DNA from: Candidatus Doudnabacteria bacterium
Lineage (GTDB): Bacteria > Patescibacteriota > Doudnabacteria > UBA920 > 2-01-FULL-46-14
Direction: 5' to 3'
DNA: 64,000 bases
NCBI GenBank assembly: GCA_041497195.1
Contig: JBGQGB010000001.1
Coordinates: forward strand, 9,904-73,903
This document shows positions 1-8,730 of the stretch, one piece after another. Position 1 is the stretch's first letter. Each line of letters opens with the position of its first letter. The notes under the pieces are model-generated. The model did not search any database. It was given only the letters and a program-made list of their open reading frames with translations, and was not told the DNA's origin. The translations under genes were made by a program, and so were the position numbers.

Positions 1-711
1 GACTTCCTCGAGAGTCAGTTTCGTACTGCCCTGGCTGGTCAGTTGGTCGAGAATCGAGAGAGCATCGCGAAAACTACCGTCCGCGGCCTGGGCGATAATG
101 AGCCTCGCCTCCCGCGGAACCTGCACTTTTATCTCCGGGAGGACTGTGTCGAAAAGCTGCATGATCTCGGCTCCTGACACGCGCTTGAAATCAAACCTCT
201 GCGCCCGGGAGACCACAGTAGCCGGGACTTTTTGGACTTCAGTCGTCGCCAAAATAAAAATCGCGTGAGCAGGCGGCTCCTCCAGGGTTTTGAGGAGCGC
301 GTTGAAAGCAGACTTGCTGAGCATGTGCACCTCGTCAATGATGAAAACCTTGTATTTCCCCTTGGACGGGCTGAATTTGACATGATCAATGATGTCGCGG
401 ATATTCTCGACGCCAGTGTAGCTGGCCGCGTCGATCTCGAGCAAATCCAAAAAACGCCCCTGCTGCACAGCCACGCAATTGTCACATTTCCCGTCCGGCT
501 CTCCGTCTTTGCCCGGCTTCAGGCAATTGACCGCCTTGGCTAAAATGCGCGCCACGGTGGTCTTGCCCACGCCGCGCGGACCGGTGAACAAGTACGCGTG
601 AGAAACCCGGCCAGAACGCACCGCGTTTTGGAGAATGGTTTTGATGACATCTTGGCCGATGACCTCGCCAAATTTTTGCGGCCGGTAGGTCCGGTATAAA
701 GCTTCAGACAT
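1..711 (-). CDS. dnaX: DNA polymerase III subunit gamma/tau, N-terminal part (gene continues past window start)
   Basis: Reverse-strand translation from the ATG at 709-711 gives MSEALYRTYRPQKFGEVIGQ...GPRGVGKTTVARILAKAVNC (Walker A), a CDNC zinc motif, FIIDEVHMLS (Walker B) and SRAQRF sensor. The reading frame stays open to position 1. Confidence 0.85.
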   Translation of the reverse strand, partial: MSEALYRTYRPQKFGEVIGQDVIKTILQNAVRSGRVSHAYLFTGPRGVGKTTVARILAKAVNCLKPGKDGEPDGKCDNCVAVQQGRFLDLLEIDAASYTGVENIRDIIDHVKFSPSKGKYKVFIIDEVHMLSKSAFNALLKTLEEPPAHAIFILATTEVQKVPATVVSRAQRFDFKRVSGAEIMQLFDTVLPEIKVQVPREARLIIAQAADGSFRDALSILDQLTSQGSTKLTLEEV

Positions 712-734
712 ATGAATCAATTATATCACAAAAT

Positions 735-764
735 GAAAAAAATCCCGACCGGGGTTCCGGTCAG
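735..764 (-). terminator. Putative rho-independent terminator after ORF 799..1410
   Basis: Hairpin gaccgg-ggtt-ccggtc at 747-762, followed on the minus strand by a T-run (complement of the A-run at 735-742). Confidence 0.4.
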
Positions 765-798
765 GAAATTGGAGCCAAAAACGCGTTTTTTGTGGCAG

Positions 799-1410
799 CT
801 ATTCTTCCCCTAGTTCCAGATCACTGTCAATATCAGACTTCTCAGCCGGTGGTGCCTCCGGCGCGACCGGATGTTCATCTCCGGATTTTTTGATGATATT
901 TTCCAGGGCAGCCCATTCTGAGTCTTGCCCTTTGGGCACCACGACCGTGACTTCGTCGCCGGGCTCGGCCTTGAAATACGTCAGGGATGCCAATAAAACT
1001 TTGAACGCCTTGCCGTCGGCCAGGACGCGATAATCCCCGCCCTCGGCCTGAGTCAAAATACCGATTTTCTTGAGCCGCTCCACCGGGCCGATTTGTTTGT
1101 AAATAAATGAGCCGTCGTCGGCAATTGTCAGTTTCAAAATATCACCCTCCACCAGTTTGGATTTTGAGGCATAGTTCGCCGGCACTGGATATTTCTTGCC
1201 GTCGGGGCCCAACATGTTCTGCCCGTCAAAAACTCCTTCCACAATCTTCCCGGTGCTGGACACTGTCAAAACTTTGGCCCGCTCCGCCATCGCACCGCGT
1301 GCTGGAGCTGATCCCATAATCTCCCGCATAATCTGGCGGGCTGATTGAATATTTTTTTCTGCGCTTTCGAGCATCTGCCCCAAAAGCGCTAAATTGGATA
1401 ATTTATCCAC
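799..1410 (-). CDS. Hypothetical protein (203 aa, acidic C-terminus)
   Basis: Complete ORF lying between the T4CP-like gene and dnaX on the same strand. No motif recognised. Confidence 0.5.
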   Translation of the reverse strand: MDKLSNLALLGQMLESAEKNIQSARQIMREIMGSAPARGAMAERAKVLTVSSTGKIVEGVFDGQNMLGPDGKKYPVPANYASKSKLVEGDILKLTIADDGSFIYKQIGPVERLKKIGILTQAEGGDYRVLADGKAFKVLLASLTYFKAEPGDEVTVVVPKGQDSEWAALENIIKKSGDEHPVAPEAPPAEKSDIDSDLELGEE

Positions 1411-1572
1411 AGTTTTATGTTTCTTTTATCTTGGTGTTAATCCCGCCTGACGCGAGGGAAATTTTGTAATTTGTATCTTAATTTCGGCGCTTGGCTAATC
1501 TGTAAAAATATTATAAACCAATGAATAAAAAAATGCAAATCCCTCGAAACGGAGGACTTTCAGGCAAAACGG

Positions 1573-4083
1573 CTAAACCGTCCGTTCAATCCCGGGCACA
1601 TGCGGCAGGGGCTGACCCAGCTGCGACCGCTCCATGATTTCCGCCTCGACCTCGGCCCGGGCGCGGCTGAACTTGAGCTTGGCCAACTGCCGGACTGCGG
1701 CAGCCATCTCGGCAGAGCCAGGATCCTTAGGAAGCAGGGTATGCATATTGAAAGGCCGCGAGGCCGTGCCGGCAACCATCAATTTCATATACGCATTGAA
1801 CCGGTCAATATTGATGACGTCAAACTCGTTGAAAACCGGGGCATATTCCTTGGCCATGATTTCCGCGTCCTCGACTCCGATCCGGAAAGCCACCATGGTG
1901 CCGGCGTTGCCGAAGACCGCGTCGCGGATTTTGGTATTGTTCTCGTGCACCAGCTGATTGATATACTGATGGGCCATCGTCAAGCTGAGTTTGTACTTTC
2001 TGGCCTCTGACAAAATCGTGGCCAAGCTGTCTGTGACGAAATTCTGAAACTCGTCGATATAGAGATAAAAATCCCGCCTCGCGCTCTCCGGAATGTCCGC
2101 GCGCGCCAGTGCGGCCATTTGCAGCTTGGACACGATGATCAGGCCTAAGAGTTTGGAATTGACCTCGCCGGTCTTGCCTTTGGAGAGATTGATGAGCAAA
2201 ATCTTGCGACTGTCCATGACTTCGCGGAAATCAAAAGCCGAGTGCGCCTGGCCAATGATATTGCGCATCATCTCGTTTTCCACAAAGCGGCCGACCTTGG
2301 AAATGAGATACCCGAGCATCTCGGATTTGTGAAAATCCGTGGTCTTGGCCATCTCCTGCTCCCAAAAAGCCCGTACGACCGGATCATGGACTTTTCCGAC
2401 TTTGTATTTCTGAAAGGCAGGGTCGGTGAACATCCGCGGAATCTCAGCAATCGTGCCAGGCGACTCCTGGTCGGCCATCAGGGTCAACATGACGTTTCGC
2501 ATATTGTGCTCGAACATCGGACCGATCATCTCAGGCGGAAACAATTTGTAGAAAATCTCGATCATCTCCTGCACGGCGAAATCTTTGTCCTCGTCCCGAT
2601 TAACCTCGAGCATATTCAGTCCCATCGGCCGGTCCATATCGAACGGCTCAAACAAGATGACGTCCTCAGCCCGCGACTTTGGCACGTATTTCAGAAGGTC
2701 ATCTATCAAATCGCCGTGCGGATCTATCACAGCCAGCCCCTCCCCGTTCTCGATATCCTGCTTGGCCATGCCTTTCATAAACTCCGATTTGCCGGTGCCG
2801 GTGCGGCCGATGATGTACATATGCCGGAGGCGATCCTCGCGCGCAATCTTGATTTCGGTTTTGACCCCGCGGTAAACATTGACCCCCAACAGCAAACCCT
2901 CACTCGACACGTTCACGGGCGCGGGCGCGCGTTTTGATTGCAGCCATTTGATATTGGGTGTTTGCGTGAACTTCGTCGGTAAATGAAAAAGACTGGCCAG
3001 CTCTTCGGTGTTCAAAATCACCCGGCCCCAGAGCCGCGGCCTGAAGCGCCGCAAGATCATATCTTTGACGACCTGCTCTTTGGACCGGGGTCTCGCTCGA
3101 AACCCGTTGAAGGGAGACTGGCTGTACTCCATAAATGACGCCAAGACATTGCGTAAATGACTCTGCGCTTGCTCTTTACTAGTGCTGGAAATGGCGATGC
3201 GCAGATTGACCTCAAAACCGTTTTTGGAGGCCTTTTCTTCCAGCCGCTTCACAGCCTCCTGCTGCATCGGGGTCAGCGGTTTGTATTGTTCCTGTTCACT
3301 TTTGCTGTTGCCGAATTGATCCTTCTTTTTCGGATTAAAAATGCCGCCCAGGGTCTCGCCCAGGCCACGCCCTACTGCGGAGAGCACTTTGAACCCCGGG
3401 GAGCTGGCAGCGTGAATGGGTTTGCCTTTTTGGATTTCCCGCGCTTGCCGCAAGACCCGGTGCCGCCAGCTGGTTCCCGCTGGACTGACAACCAGCTGAA
3501 TCACTCCCCCTTCGGTAGGTCCGAGCTTGGACAAGCTGTTCGCCAAAGCGTTGAGCGGATCGCTCTCCATGAGCTTGTAGGTTTTGATGGGAAAAATGTA
3601 GCGCTTCTGCAAACCGAGTTCGGCGGCGGCTAGGGCGGCCGAGTTCTTGATGAGTCTGGGCGGCAAAACGACGTCGATTTGGGCCGCCGGATACTGGGCG
3701 TGAATTTGTTTTTCCACCAAATCCTGAAAATGCCTGGGACAATTGATGAGAAAAGAGATTTTTTTGTCCACACTCAGGATTTCGAAACTGATAGTCTCGC
3801 TGCCGCGGAAAAACGCCGCGAAGCCGTGCGGCTCAGCCCCGGCCAAAGTCGCAAAAAGCTGCTCGGCCACTCCGATGATGTCTTTTTCCTCCCTGACTGC
3901 TTCCTGTTCTTTGTCTCCGGCAGTGACTTCTTTCGGGACCAACACTTCCAAAAACACGGAATTGAGGATGCGCGGCGCCACCAGTTTGCCGCGCAAATAA
4001 CCGCGCAGCCACAAAACCAAAAACACCCCGCCCAGGCCAAGTGCGAGAATAATCAAAAATCCTGAAAGCAGTGGATCATTCAT
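1573..4083 (-). CDS. Membrane-anchored T4CP-like (TrwB/TraD/VirD4-family, DUF87/AAA_10-like) ATPase
   Basis: N-terminal TM helix (LLSGFLIILALGLGGVFLVLWL). Walker A IIGRTGTGKSE is followed by LAVIDPHGDL, which resembles TrwB GATGTGKS...VIVDPNGD. Walker B is YLYIDEFQNF, and the C-terminal ARKYKLSLTMAHQYINQL matches the T4CP RK..x8..QSxxQL signature. Start set to MNDPLL (track M33) to remove a 100-bp overlap with the upstream ORF; its ATG overlaps that ORF's stop within ATGAATGA. Confidence 0.7.
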   Translation of the reverse strand: MNDPLLSGFLIILALGLGGVFLVLWLRGYLRGKLVAPRILNSVFLEVLVPKEVTAGDKEQEAVREEKDIIGVAEQLFATLAGAEPHGFAAFFRGSETISFEILSVDKKISFLINCPRHFQDLVEKQIHAQYPAAQIDVVLPPRLIKNSAALAAAELGLQKRYIFPIKTYKLMESDPLNALANSLSKLGPTEGGVIQLVVSPAGTSWRHRVLRQAREIQKGKPIHAASSPGFKVLSAVGRGLGETLGGIFNPKKKDQFGNSKSEQEQYKPLTPMQQEAVKRLEEKASKNGFEVNLRIAISSTSKEQAQSHLRNVLASFMEYSQSPFNGFRARPRSKEQVVKDMILRRFRPRLWGRVILNTEELASLFHLPTKFTQTPNIKWLQSKRAPAPVNVSSEGLLLGVNVYRGVKTEIKIAREDRLRHMYIIGRTGTGKSEFMKGMAKQDIENGEGLAVIDPHGDLIDDLLKYVPKSRAEDVILFEPFDMDRPMGLNMLEVNRDEDKDFAVQEMIEIFYKLFPPEMIGPMFEHNMRNVMLTLMADQESPGTIAEIPRMFTDPAFQKYKVGKVHDPVVRAFWEQEMAKTTDFHKSEMLGYLISKVGRFVENEMMRNIIGQAHSAFDFREVMDSRKILLINLSKGKTGEVNSKLLGLIIVSKLQMAALARADIPESARRDFYLYIDEFQNFVTDSLATILSEARKYKLSLTMAHQYINQLVHENNTKIRDAVFGNAGTMVAFRIGVEDAEIMAKEYAPVFNEFDVINIDRFNAYMKLMVAGTASRPFNMHTLLPKDPGSAEMAAAVRQLAKLKFSRARAEVEAEIMERSQLGQPLPHVPGIERTV

Positions 4084-4429
4084 TTTTATGTTCGTTTTGG
4101 GCGCGCATAAAAGCGCTTTCCAATGCCTCTTCCAATGCACTGACGCTAACTCGCGCCGAGTGCGCGAGATTTTCCTCATCTAACTTGCCCTGTTGTGCGC
4201 TTTGAATCTCGCGGATTTGAGGGACTTCCTGAGGATGCGGAGGCGCGGGAATTTCCACCCCCGGCGCTTGCGGGCTCGTCGGCTGTCTAACAGCAATCTC
4301 TTCCGGAGCAGGAACCGGGTACTCCAAAGGTTCTTCGCGAAGCTTAGTCTGCTCGAGCTGGCTTTCGGGCTCAGCTTCCGGCGGCAGGGCTCGGGGTTCC
4401 GCTACTGGCATTTTTTTGCTCCTCGGCAA
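4076..4429 (-). CDS. Hypothetical Pro/Glu-rich acidic protein
   Basis: ORF with its stop inside the ATGAATGA overlap with the T4CP-like gene start. Low-complexity PEAEPESQLEQ composition. Its 5' end overlaps the upstream ORF by 59 nt, so the start is uncertain. Confidence 0.4.
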   Translation of the reverse strand: MPRSKKMPVAEPRALPPEAEPESQLEQTKLREEPLEYPVPAPEEIAVRQPTSPQAPGVEIPAPPHPQEVPQIREIQSAQQGKLDEENLAHSARVSVSALEEALESAFMRAQNEHKNE

Positions 4430-4781
4430 TCATTAACTTTAAATTTTTGAATTCTTCATCAATGCGCGTGTCCACAGTCTGCTGATATTGCGGATAGTGC
4501 TTCAAAATCTTGCCCAAGGCCCGGTAATCCTCTTGCTCCAAAGTCTCATGAATGCGGGAAATCTCTGCGTGTCCGAGAACGGGCGTAAGCGTTGCAAGAA
4601 TGATGCGATGCAAATGCTCCTGGACCCGCGCGTAGACGTCGGCTTTTTTTTCTTCAGGCAAAGCCACCGGACCGAGGTCAGCGAAAAGTTCTTCGGAATA
4701 TTCCTCGATTCTTTTATTGAGATCTTTGATTGATTTTAGCATATTGTTTGCTCGTATCCATGTCACTGTCTTCATCCCCAA
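4371..4781 (-). CDS. Hypothetical acidic helical protein ending in SPAAGS
   Basis: ORF whose likely start is MLKSIKD (4742). The C-terminal GTPSPAAGS motif is shared with the next upstream protein. Confidence 0.45.
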   Translation of the reverse strand: MGMKTVTWIRANNMLKSIKDLNKRIEEYSEELFADLGPVALPEEKKADVYARVQEHLHRIILATLTPVLGHAEISRIHETLEQEDYRALGKILKHYPQYQQTVDTRIDEEFKNLKLMIAEEQKNASSGTPSPAAGS

Positions 4782-5397
4782 ACGGCTGGTCAGGGCGTTC
4801 GGCTTTTATAGCCGAGAGGTATTCCTGGAGACTCCGCCCCGCGGCTTCTTCGGTGTCTGCTGAGGAAAAGTCCGACAGCTGCTGGTCGATGGAAAGCTCG
4901 GGAAAGGGTCGGGATTTGAGTTTCTTGAGAACTTTTTCTTCAAACTGTTCGTTCAGTGTCGCGATGATTTTGTCCGCGTCAGCGTCGGAGATCTTCGGCA
5001 CAAAAATCGGGAAATCCCGCTCGGGTTCTTCCTGCAAGCTCTGGTTCTTGAGGTTGTACACTGACTGATTGCGCGGCTCTATAGCGGGCGGCGTCGAGTC
5101 AAACAAACTTTTCTTCCGGTTAATATTGGACATTTTCTCTGTAATGTCGTCAATCTCCCGAAGCGACCCCCTCTCTGTTTCGGTCAGATTCGCTTCCTGG
5201 CGTTTGAGTTCAAGCATCCTGGCCAACTTGGTCAAAGCCGAACCGGCCGCCGGGCTGGGCTGAAACGCCGATGTCTGCCCGCTTTTGAGATACGCCTCAA
5301 ATTCCTGTTTTATTTGCCTGATGACTTCTTTTTGCGAATCCATGAGAATGTTTTTTTCGAGCTGCTGGAAAACTTGCATCTGAATTATATCAAACAT
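4714..5397 (-). CDS. Hypothetical acidic protein with internal SPAAGS motif
   Basis: Track ORF 4714..5610 trimmed to MFDIIQMQVF. The upstream 70 codons read through an A-rich promoter region and encode implausible WLFVPVIF-type sequence. Confidence 0.5.
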   Translation of the reverse strand: MFDIIQMQVFQQLEKNILMDSQKEVIRQIKQEFEAYLKSGQTSAFQPSPAAGSALTKLARMLELKRQEANLTETERGSLREIDDITEKMSNINRKKSLFDSTPPAIEPRNQSVYNLKNQSLQEEPERDFPIFVPKISDADADKIIATLNEQFEEKVLKKLKSRPFPELSIDQQLSDFSSADTEEAAGRSLQEYLSAIKAERPDQPFGDEDSDMDTSKQYAKINQRSQ

Positions 5398-5557
5398 GCT
5401 TCTGCTTTGACAAACTGCTCGCCATGGGCTTAAATAAGTGCAGTTGCTGGGAAATCCGAGGCTCGAGCTAAGGGGGAAAATCACTGGCACAAAAAGCCAA
5501 AAAAATTGAAGCTCGACAAAGACACCGAAAAAAATATAAAGAAAGAAGTCTGACAGG

Positions 5558-6478
5558 GTGAACATCCAAACGATCCACACCAAAAATCTGCGCTGGATTG
5601 ACCTGAACAAACCGGGGGCCCCAGAAATCGACTGGTTGCGGGAGAATTTTCATTTCGACGATTTGCACATCGGGGCCGCGGCCGAGGCCCAGCTGCACCC
5701 CCACATTGACGTCGGCGAGGGCTACGATTTTCTAGTTTTATTGTTTCCCGTCTACCACCGCGACACGCAAGAAATCAGCTCGGGCGAGGTCGATTTTTTT
5801 GTCGGCCCGAATTTTTTGATTACCGTGCACTACGGCGAAATTTACACTCTCCAATCGTTTTTTTCCAAAGTCCGCGGAGACCAGGCGACGCGGGCGACGC
5901 TCATGCAAAAAGGCTCCGGTTTTTTGCTGTACAAAGTTCTGGAATCCCTGTTTCGCCGCTCCTATCCAATCCTCGATCATATGACCGCAGACGTGGCGCA
6001 AATCGAACGGCGGCTCTTCCACGAACACGACCTCAATCTGCTCTCCAAGATTTCGCTGCTGCGAAAGAATATTATTGAGTTTCGGCGGATGATGAAAACC
6101 CACCGAACCGTGCTGGAAAAATTACCGAAAAGAACGGTCGAATATTTACTCTTTCCCCAATCCCGTCTGTACTACAAAGACTTACTCGAGTACTCAGACA
6201 ACATTTGGACGATTCTGGAAACGCTCAAGGAAACCGCAGACACGCTCTACGATACTCATCAGGCTCTGGCCACCCACCGGCTTAACGCGGTGACCCGGGT
6301 GATTTCGATATTTTCCGCCACTGTCATCCCCGCGAGTCTTGTGGCTTTTTGGTTTGCGGCGCGCGTTGACGGCATTCCTTTTGCCAACAATCCCTTTGGC
6401 TTCTGGATAGTAGGCAGCCTCATGGTCATAACTTCAGGGATTTGCCTGCTAATTTTCAAACTCAAAAAATGGCTGTGA
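5558..6478 (+). CDS. CorA-family divalent cation transporter homolog with non-canonical signature (AAR in place of GMN)
   Basis: 306 aa with a large N-terminal cytoplasmic domain and two C-terminal TM helices. VISIFSATVIPASLVAFWFAARVDGIPFANNPFGFW aligns to CorA ...[20 protein letters not shown]... Confidence 0.75.
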   Translation: MNIQTIHTKNLRWIDLNKPGAPEIDWLRENFHFDDLHIGAAAEAQLHPHIDVGEGYDFLVLLFPVYHRDTQEISSGEVDFFVGPNFLITVHYGEIYTLQSFFSKVRGDQATRATLMQKGSGFLLYKVLESLFRRSYPILDHMTADVAQIERRLFHEHDLNLLSKISLLRKNIIEFRRMMKTHRTVLEKLPKRTVEYLLFPQSRLYYKDLLEYSDNIWTILETLKETADTLYDTHQALATHRLNAVTRVISIFSATVIPASLVAFWFAARVDGIPFANNPFGFWIVGSLMVITSGICLLIFKLKKWL

Positions 6479-6494
6479 TTGAAGCCCCTCTGAC

Positions 6495-6527
6495 CAGTCG
6501 TCCTGCCCTGGACGACTGTTTTTTTTT
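6495..6527 (+). terminator. Rho-independent terminator after corA-like gene
   Basis: cagtcgtcc-tgccctg-gacgactg hairpin followed by T9. Confidence 0.6.
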
Positions 6528-6563
6528 GAGCTAAACTGAAACATCACAAAGGAGGAAGCCAAC

Positions 6564-7244
6564 ATGGCTCTGTATCAGTATTTGGAAAGATTTTTTCGCT
6601 TCCTCGATGGGGGGCGCAACAATCTAGTGAGTCTGCTCATCGACAATCGGCTCGTGAAAAAACTTGTCGAGCGGCAAGTTCTGACGCCAAACGGGCTGAC
6701 GATGTTTCGACTCGTCACGACGATAGTCCTTTCAACCCACGTTTTGACCGGCTACTGGCTGACCCGCGCTCTGACGTTTCTGGAGCAAAGCAAATGGTTT
6801 ATGTTTGGTCTGTTTCTCACCGGGTCTCTCAGCGACTCCATAGACGGTCCGCTGTCGAGGATTTACAGCTCTCTGTTCTCGGACGAAGACCGGCGGTATG
6901 GCCTCAATTTCGACAGGCATGTCGACAAAATTTTCACCAGCGCACCCATGCTCATCTACTGGCCGGTCTATGACAATATTACCCGCTCGGTGGTCACTAT
7001 GATGATTGGCGGGGACTTGCTCGCAACCGGGCTCGCCGTCTTTGCGAGTAAAAGCGGGATCAGTATTCCTTCTAATGCTCTGGGCAAGGCGAAAATGGTG
7101 CTACAGTGTATCGGAGTTGGAGCCGTGATCCTGCGATTCCCCGCCTTCGTTGTGCAGTACGCCATGGTGGCTGGATTCACGCTCGGAGTGGCCAGCCTGA
7201 CCATCAACATCACGCTCGCTCGCCGACAAACTGCAGCCAAATGA
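6564..7244 (+). CDS. CDP-alcohol phosphatidyltransferase family protein (PgsA-like)
   Basis: RBS aaaggagga lies 8 nt upstream. The motif DSIDGPLSRIY...GLNFDRHVDKI fits D-x2-DG-x2-AR...G-x3-D-x3-D. The protein is multi-TM. Confidence 0.8.
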   Translation: MALYQYLERFFRFLDGGRNNLVSLLIDNRLVKKLVERQVLTPNGLTMFRLVTTIVLSTHVLTGYWLTRALTFLEQSKWFMFGLFLTGSLSDSIDGPLSRIYSSLFSDEDRRYGLNFDRHVDKIFTSAPMLIYWPVYDNITRSVVTMMIGGDLLATGLAVFASKSGISIPSNALGKAKMVLQCIGVGAVILRFPAFVVQYAMVAGFTLGVASLTINITLARRQTAAK

Positions 7245-7263
7245 TGGCTGATCTTACCATCTG

Positions 7264-7309
7264 GGGGAACTGCTCTAGCACCGTGGAGCAGTTCCCCTCT
7301 TTTTTTTTC
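7264..7309 (+). terminator. Rho-independent terminator
   Basis: ggggaactgctc...gagcagttcccc hairpin followed by tctttttttttc. Confidence 0.6.
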
Positions 7310-7326
7310 TTTGCTAAAATGACCCT

Positions 7327-8727
7327 ATGCTCAAGCTTTTCAACACACTGACGAGGAAAAAAGAAGAATTCACCCCGCTCGTCAAAAACCGGGTCGGGAT
7401 TTACTCCTGCGGCCCGACTGTCTATGACTTCGCGCACATCGGCAATCTGCGGGCTTTTTTGTTTGCCGACATTTTGAAGCGGACCCTGCTTTATAATGGT
7501 TTTGAGGTCAAGCACATCATGAATATTACTGATGTGGGGCATCTCACCGGTGATCGCGATATGGGCACGGACAAGCTCGAACAGGCCGCGCGGGAAAAAC
7601 AAAAGAGCGCCTGGGAACTCGCTTCCTACTACACTGACGCGTTTCTGCACGACCTCAAAAGTCTCAATATTCTCAATGCTGACAAATTTCCCAAAGCCAC
7701 GGACCATATCAAGGATATGATCAAGCTGATAGAAGTGCTGGAAAAAAAAGGCTTTACCTACCGCACCACTGACGGCATTTATTTCGACACTGGCAAACTG
7801 CCCGACTACGGCAAACTTGCCAAGTTGGACATCGAAGGTCTACGCGAGGGCGCCAGAGTCGAGGTCAATCCCGACAAACGCAGCCCCACTGATTTCGCGC
7901 TCTGGAAATTCAGCCCCTCTGACAGCAAACGCGAAATGGAATGGCAGTCCCCCTGGGGAGTGGGTTTTCCGGGTTGGCATATCGAGTGTTCCGCCATGTC
8001 CACTAAATATCTGGGCCAACCTTTTGATATTCATACCGGCGGCATTGACCACATCCCCGTGCACCACACCAATGAGATCGCCCAGAGCGAGGCGGCCTAC
8101 GGAAAGCCTTTGGCTAATGTCTGGCTGCATTCCGAATTCGTGGTCATCGACGAAACACGCATGGGCAAAAGCGAAGGCAATCTCCTCACTCTCGAGGAAC
8201 TGCAAAAACGGGGCTACTCCTCACTCGCCTACCGCTATTTTGCTCTGCAGGCCCACTACCGCAGCAAACTTAATTTCACTTGGGAAGCGCTCGAGGGCGC
8301 GCAAAACGCGCTCAACAATCTCTATGCCGCGATTGCCGAATACAAAGAGCCCCAAATCGGCTGTGCGGAATTTGAAAGCCAATTTCTGGAAGCGATAAAC
8401 GACGACCTGGACACGCCCAAGGCTCTGGCGGTGATGTGGGAAGTAGTGCACTCAGACTATCCCGGCGAAGCCAAACTGCAGTCAATCCTCCAGTTCGACA
8501 AAGTCCTCGGCCTCTCCCTTGCGGAGACTCGGCGAAAGCTTTTAAAACCCATCCCTGATGATGTTGAAAAATTGAAAAATCAGCGAGATAAAGCGCGAGA
8601 AGAAAAAAAATGGCAGCTCTCGGATGAGTTAAGAAAAAAAATAAAAAAATCTGGCTACATAGCCAAGGATACTGATCATGGATCTGTGCTAAGCGCCAGC
8701 CCAAGTCCAGGGCCAGACGAGGAATAA
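7327..8727 (+). CDS. cysS: Cysteinyl-tRNA synthetase
   Basis: [16 protein letters not shown] (HIGH motif), KMSKS-like RMGKSEGN, and Zn-ligand cysteines in YSCGPTV / WHIECS. Confidence 0.95.
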   Translation: MLKLFNTLTRKKEEFTPLVKNRVGIYSCGPTVYDFAHIGNLRAFLFADILKRTLLYNGFEVKHIMNITDVGHLTGDRDMGTDKLEQAAREKQKSAWELASYYTDAFLHDLKSLNILNADKFPKATDHIKDMIKLIEVLEKKGFTYRTTDGIYFDTGKLPDYGKLAKLDIEGLREGARVEVNPDKRSPTDFALWKFSPSDSKREMEWQSPWGVGFPGWHIECSAMSTKYLGQPFDIHTGGIDHIPVHHTNEIAQSEAAYGKPLANVWLHSEFVVIDETRMGKSEGNLLTLEELQKRGYSSLAYRYFALQAHYRSKLNFTWEALEGAQNALNNLYAAIAEYKEPQIGCAEFESQFLEAINDDLDTPKALAVMWEVVHSDYPGEAKLQSILQFDKVLGLSLAETRRKLLKPIPDDVEKLKNQRDKAREEKKWQLSDELRKKIKKSGYIAKDTDHGSVLSASPSPGPDEE

Positions 8728-8730
8728 TAT

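Noticed and set aside
2242-2937. 231-aa plus-strand ORF and other long antisense ORFs inside the T4CP-like gene
   Set aside because: They lie entirely within and antisense to a gene with clear ATPase motifs, have no motifs of their own and show a biased His/Leu/Arg composition.
4084-4179. The first 32 codons of track ORF 1573..4179
   Set aside because: They would overlap the upstream ORF by about 100 bp. The Met immediately preceding the TM helix (MNDPLL) gives the classic ATGAATGA stop/start overlap instead.
5398-5557. Mg2+-sensing M-box riboswitch upstream of the corA-like gene
   Set aside because: The 160-nt leader is A-rich and shows no conserved M-box helices or motifs. It looks like a plain divergent promoter region.
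5398-5610. The first 71 codons of track ORF 4714..5610 (MFRSIQRRFLVWIVWMFTLSDFF...)
   Set aside because: This stretch reads through the A-rich divergent promoter region shared with the corA-like gene and overlaps its start. Its composition is implausible, and a downstream Met (MFDIIQMQ) gives a compact gene.
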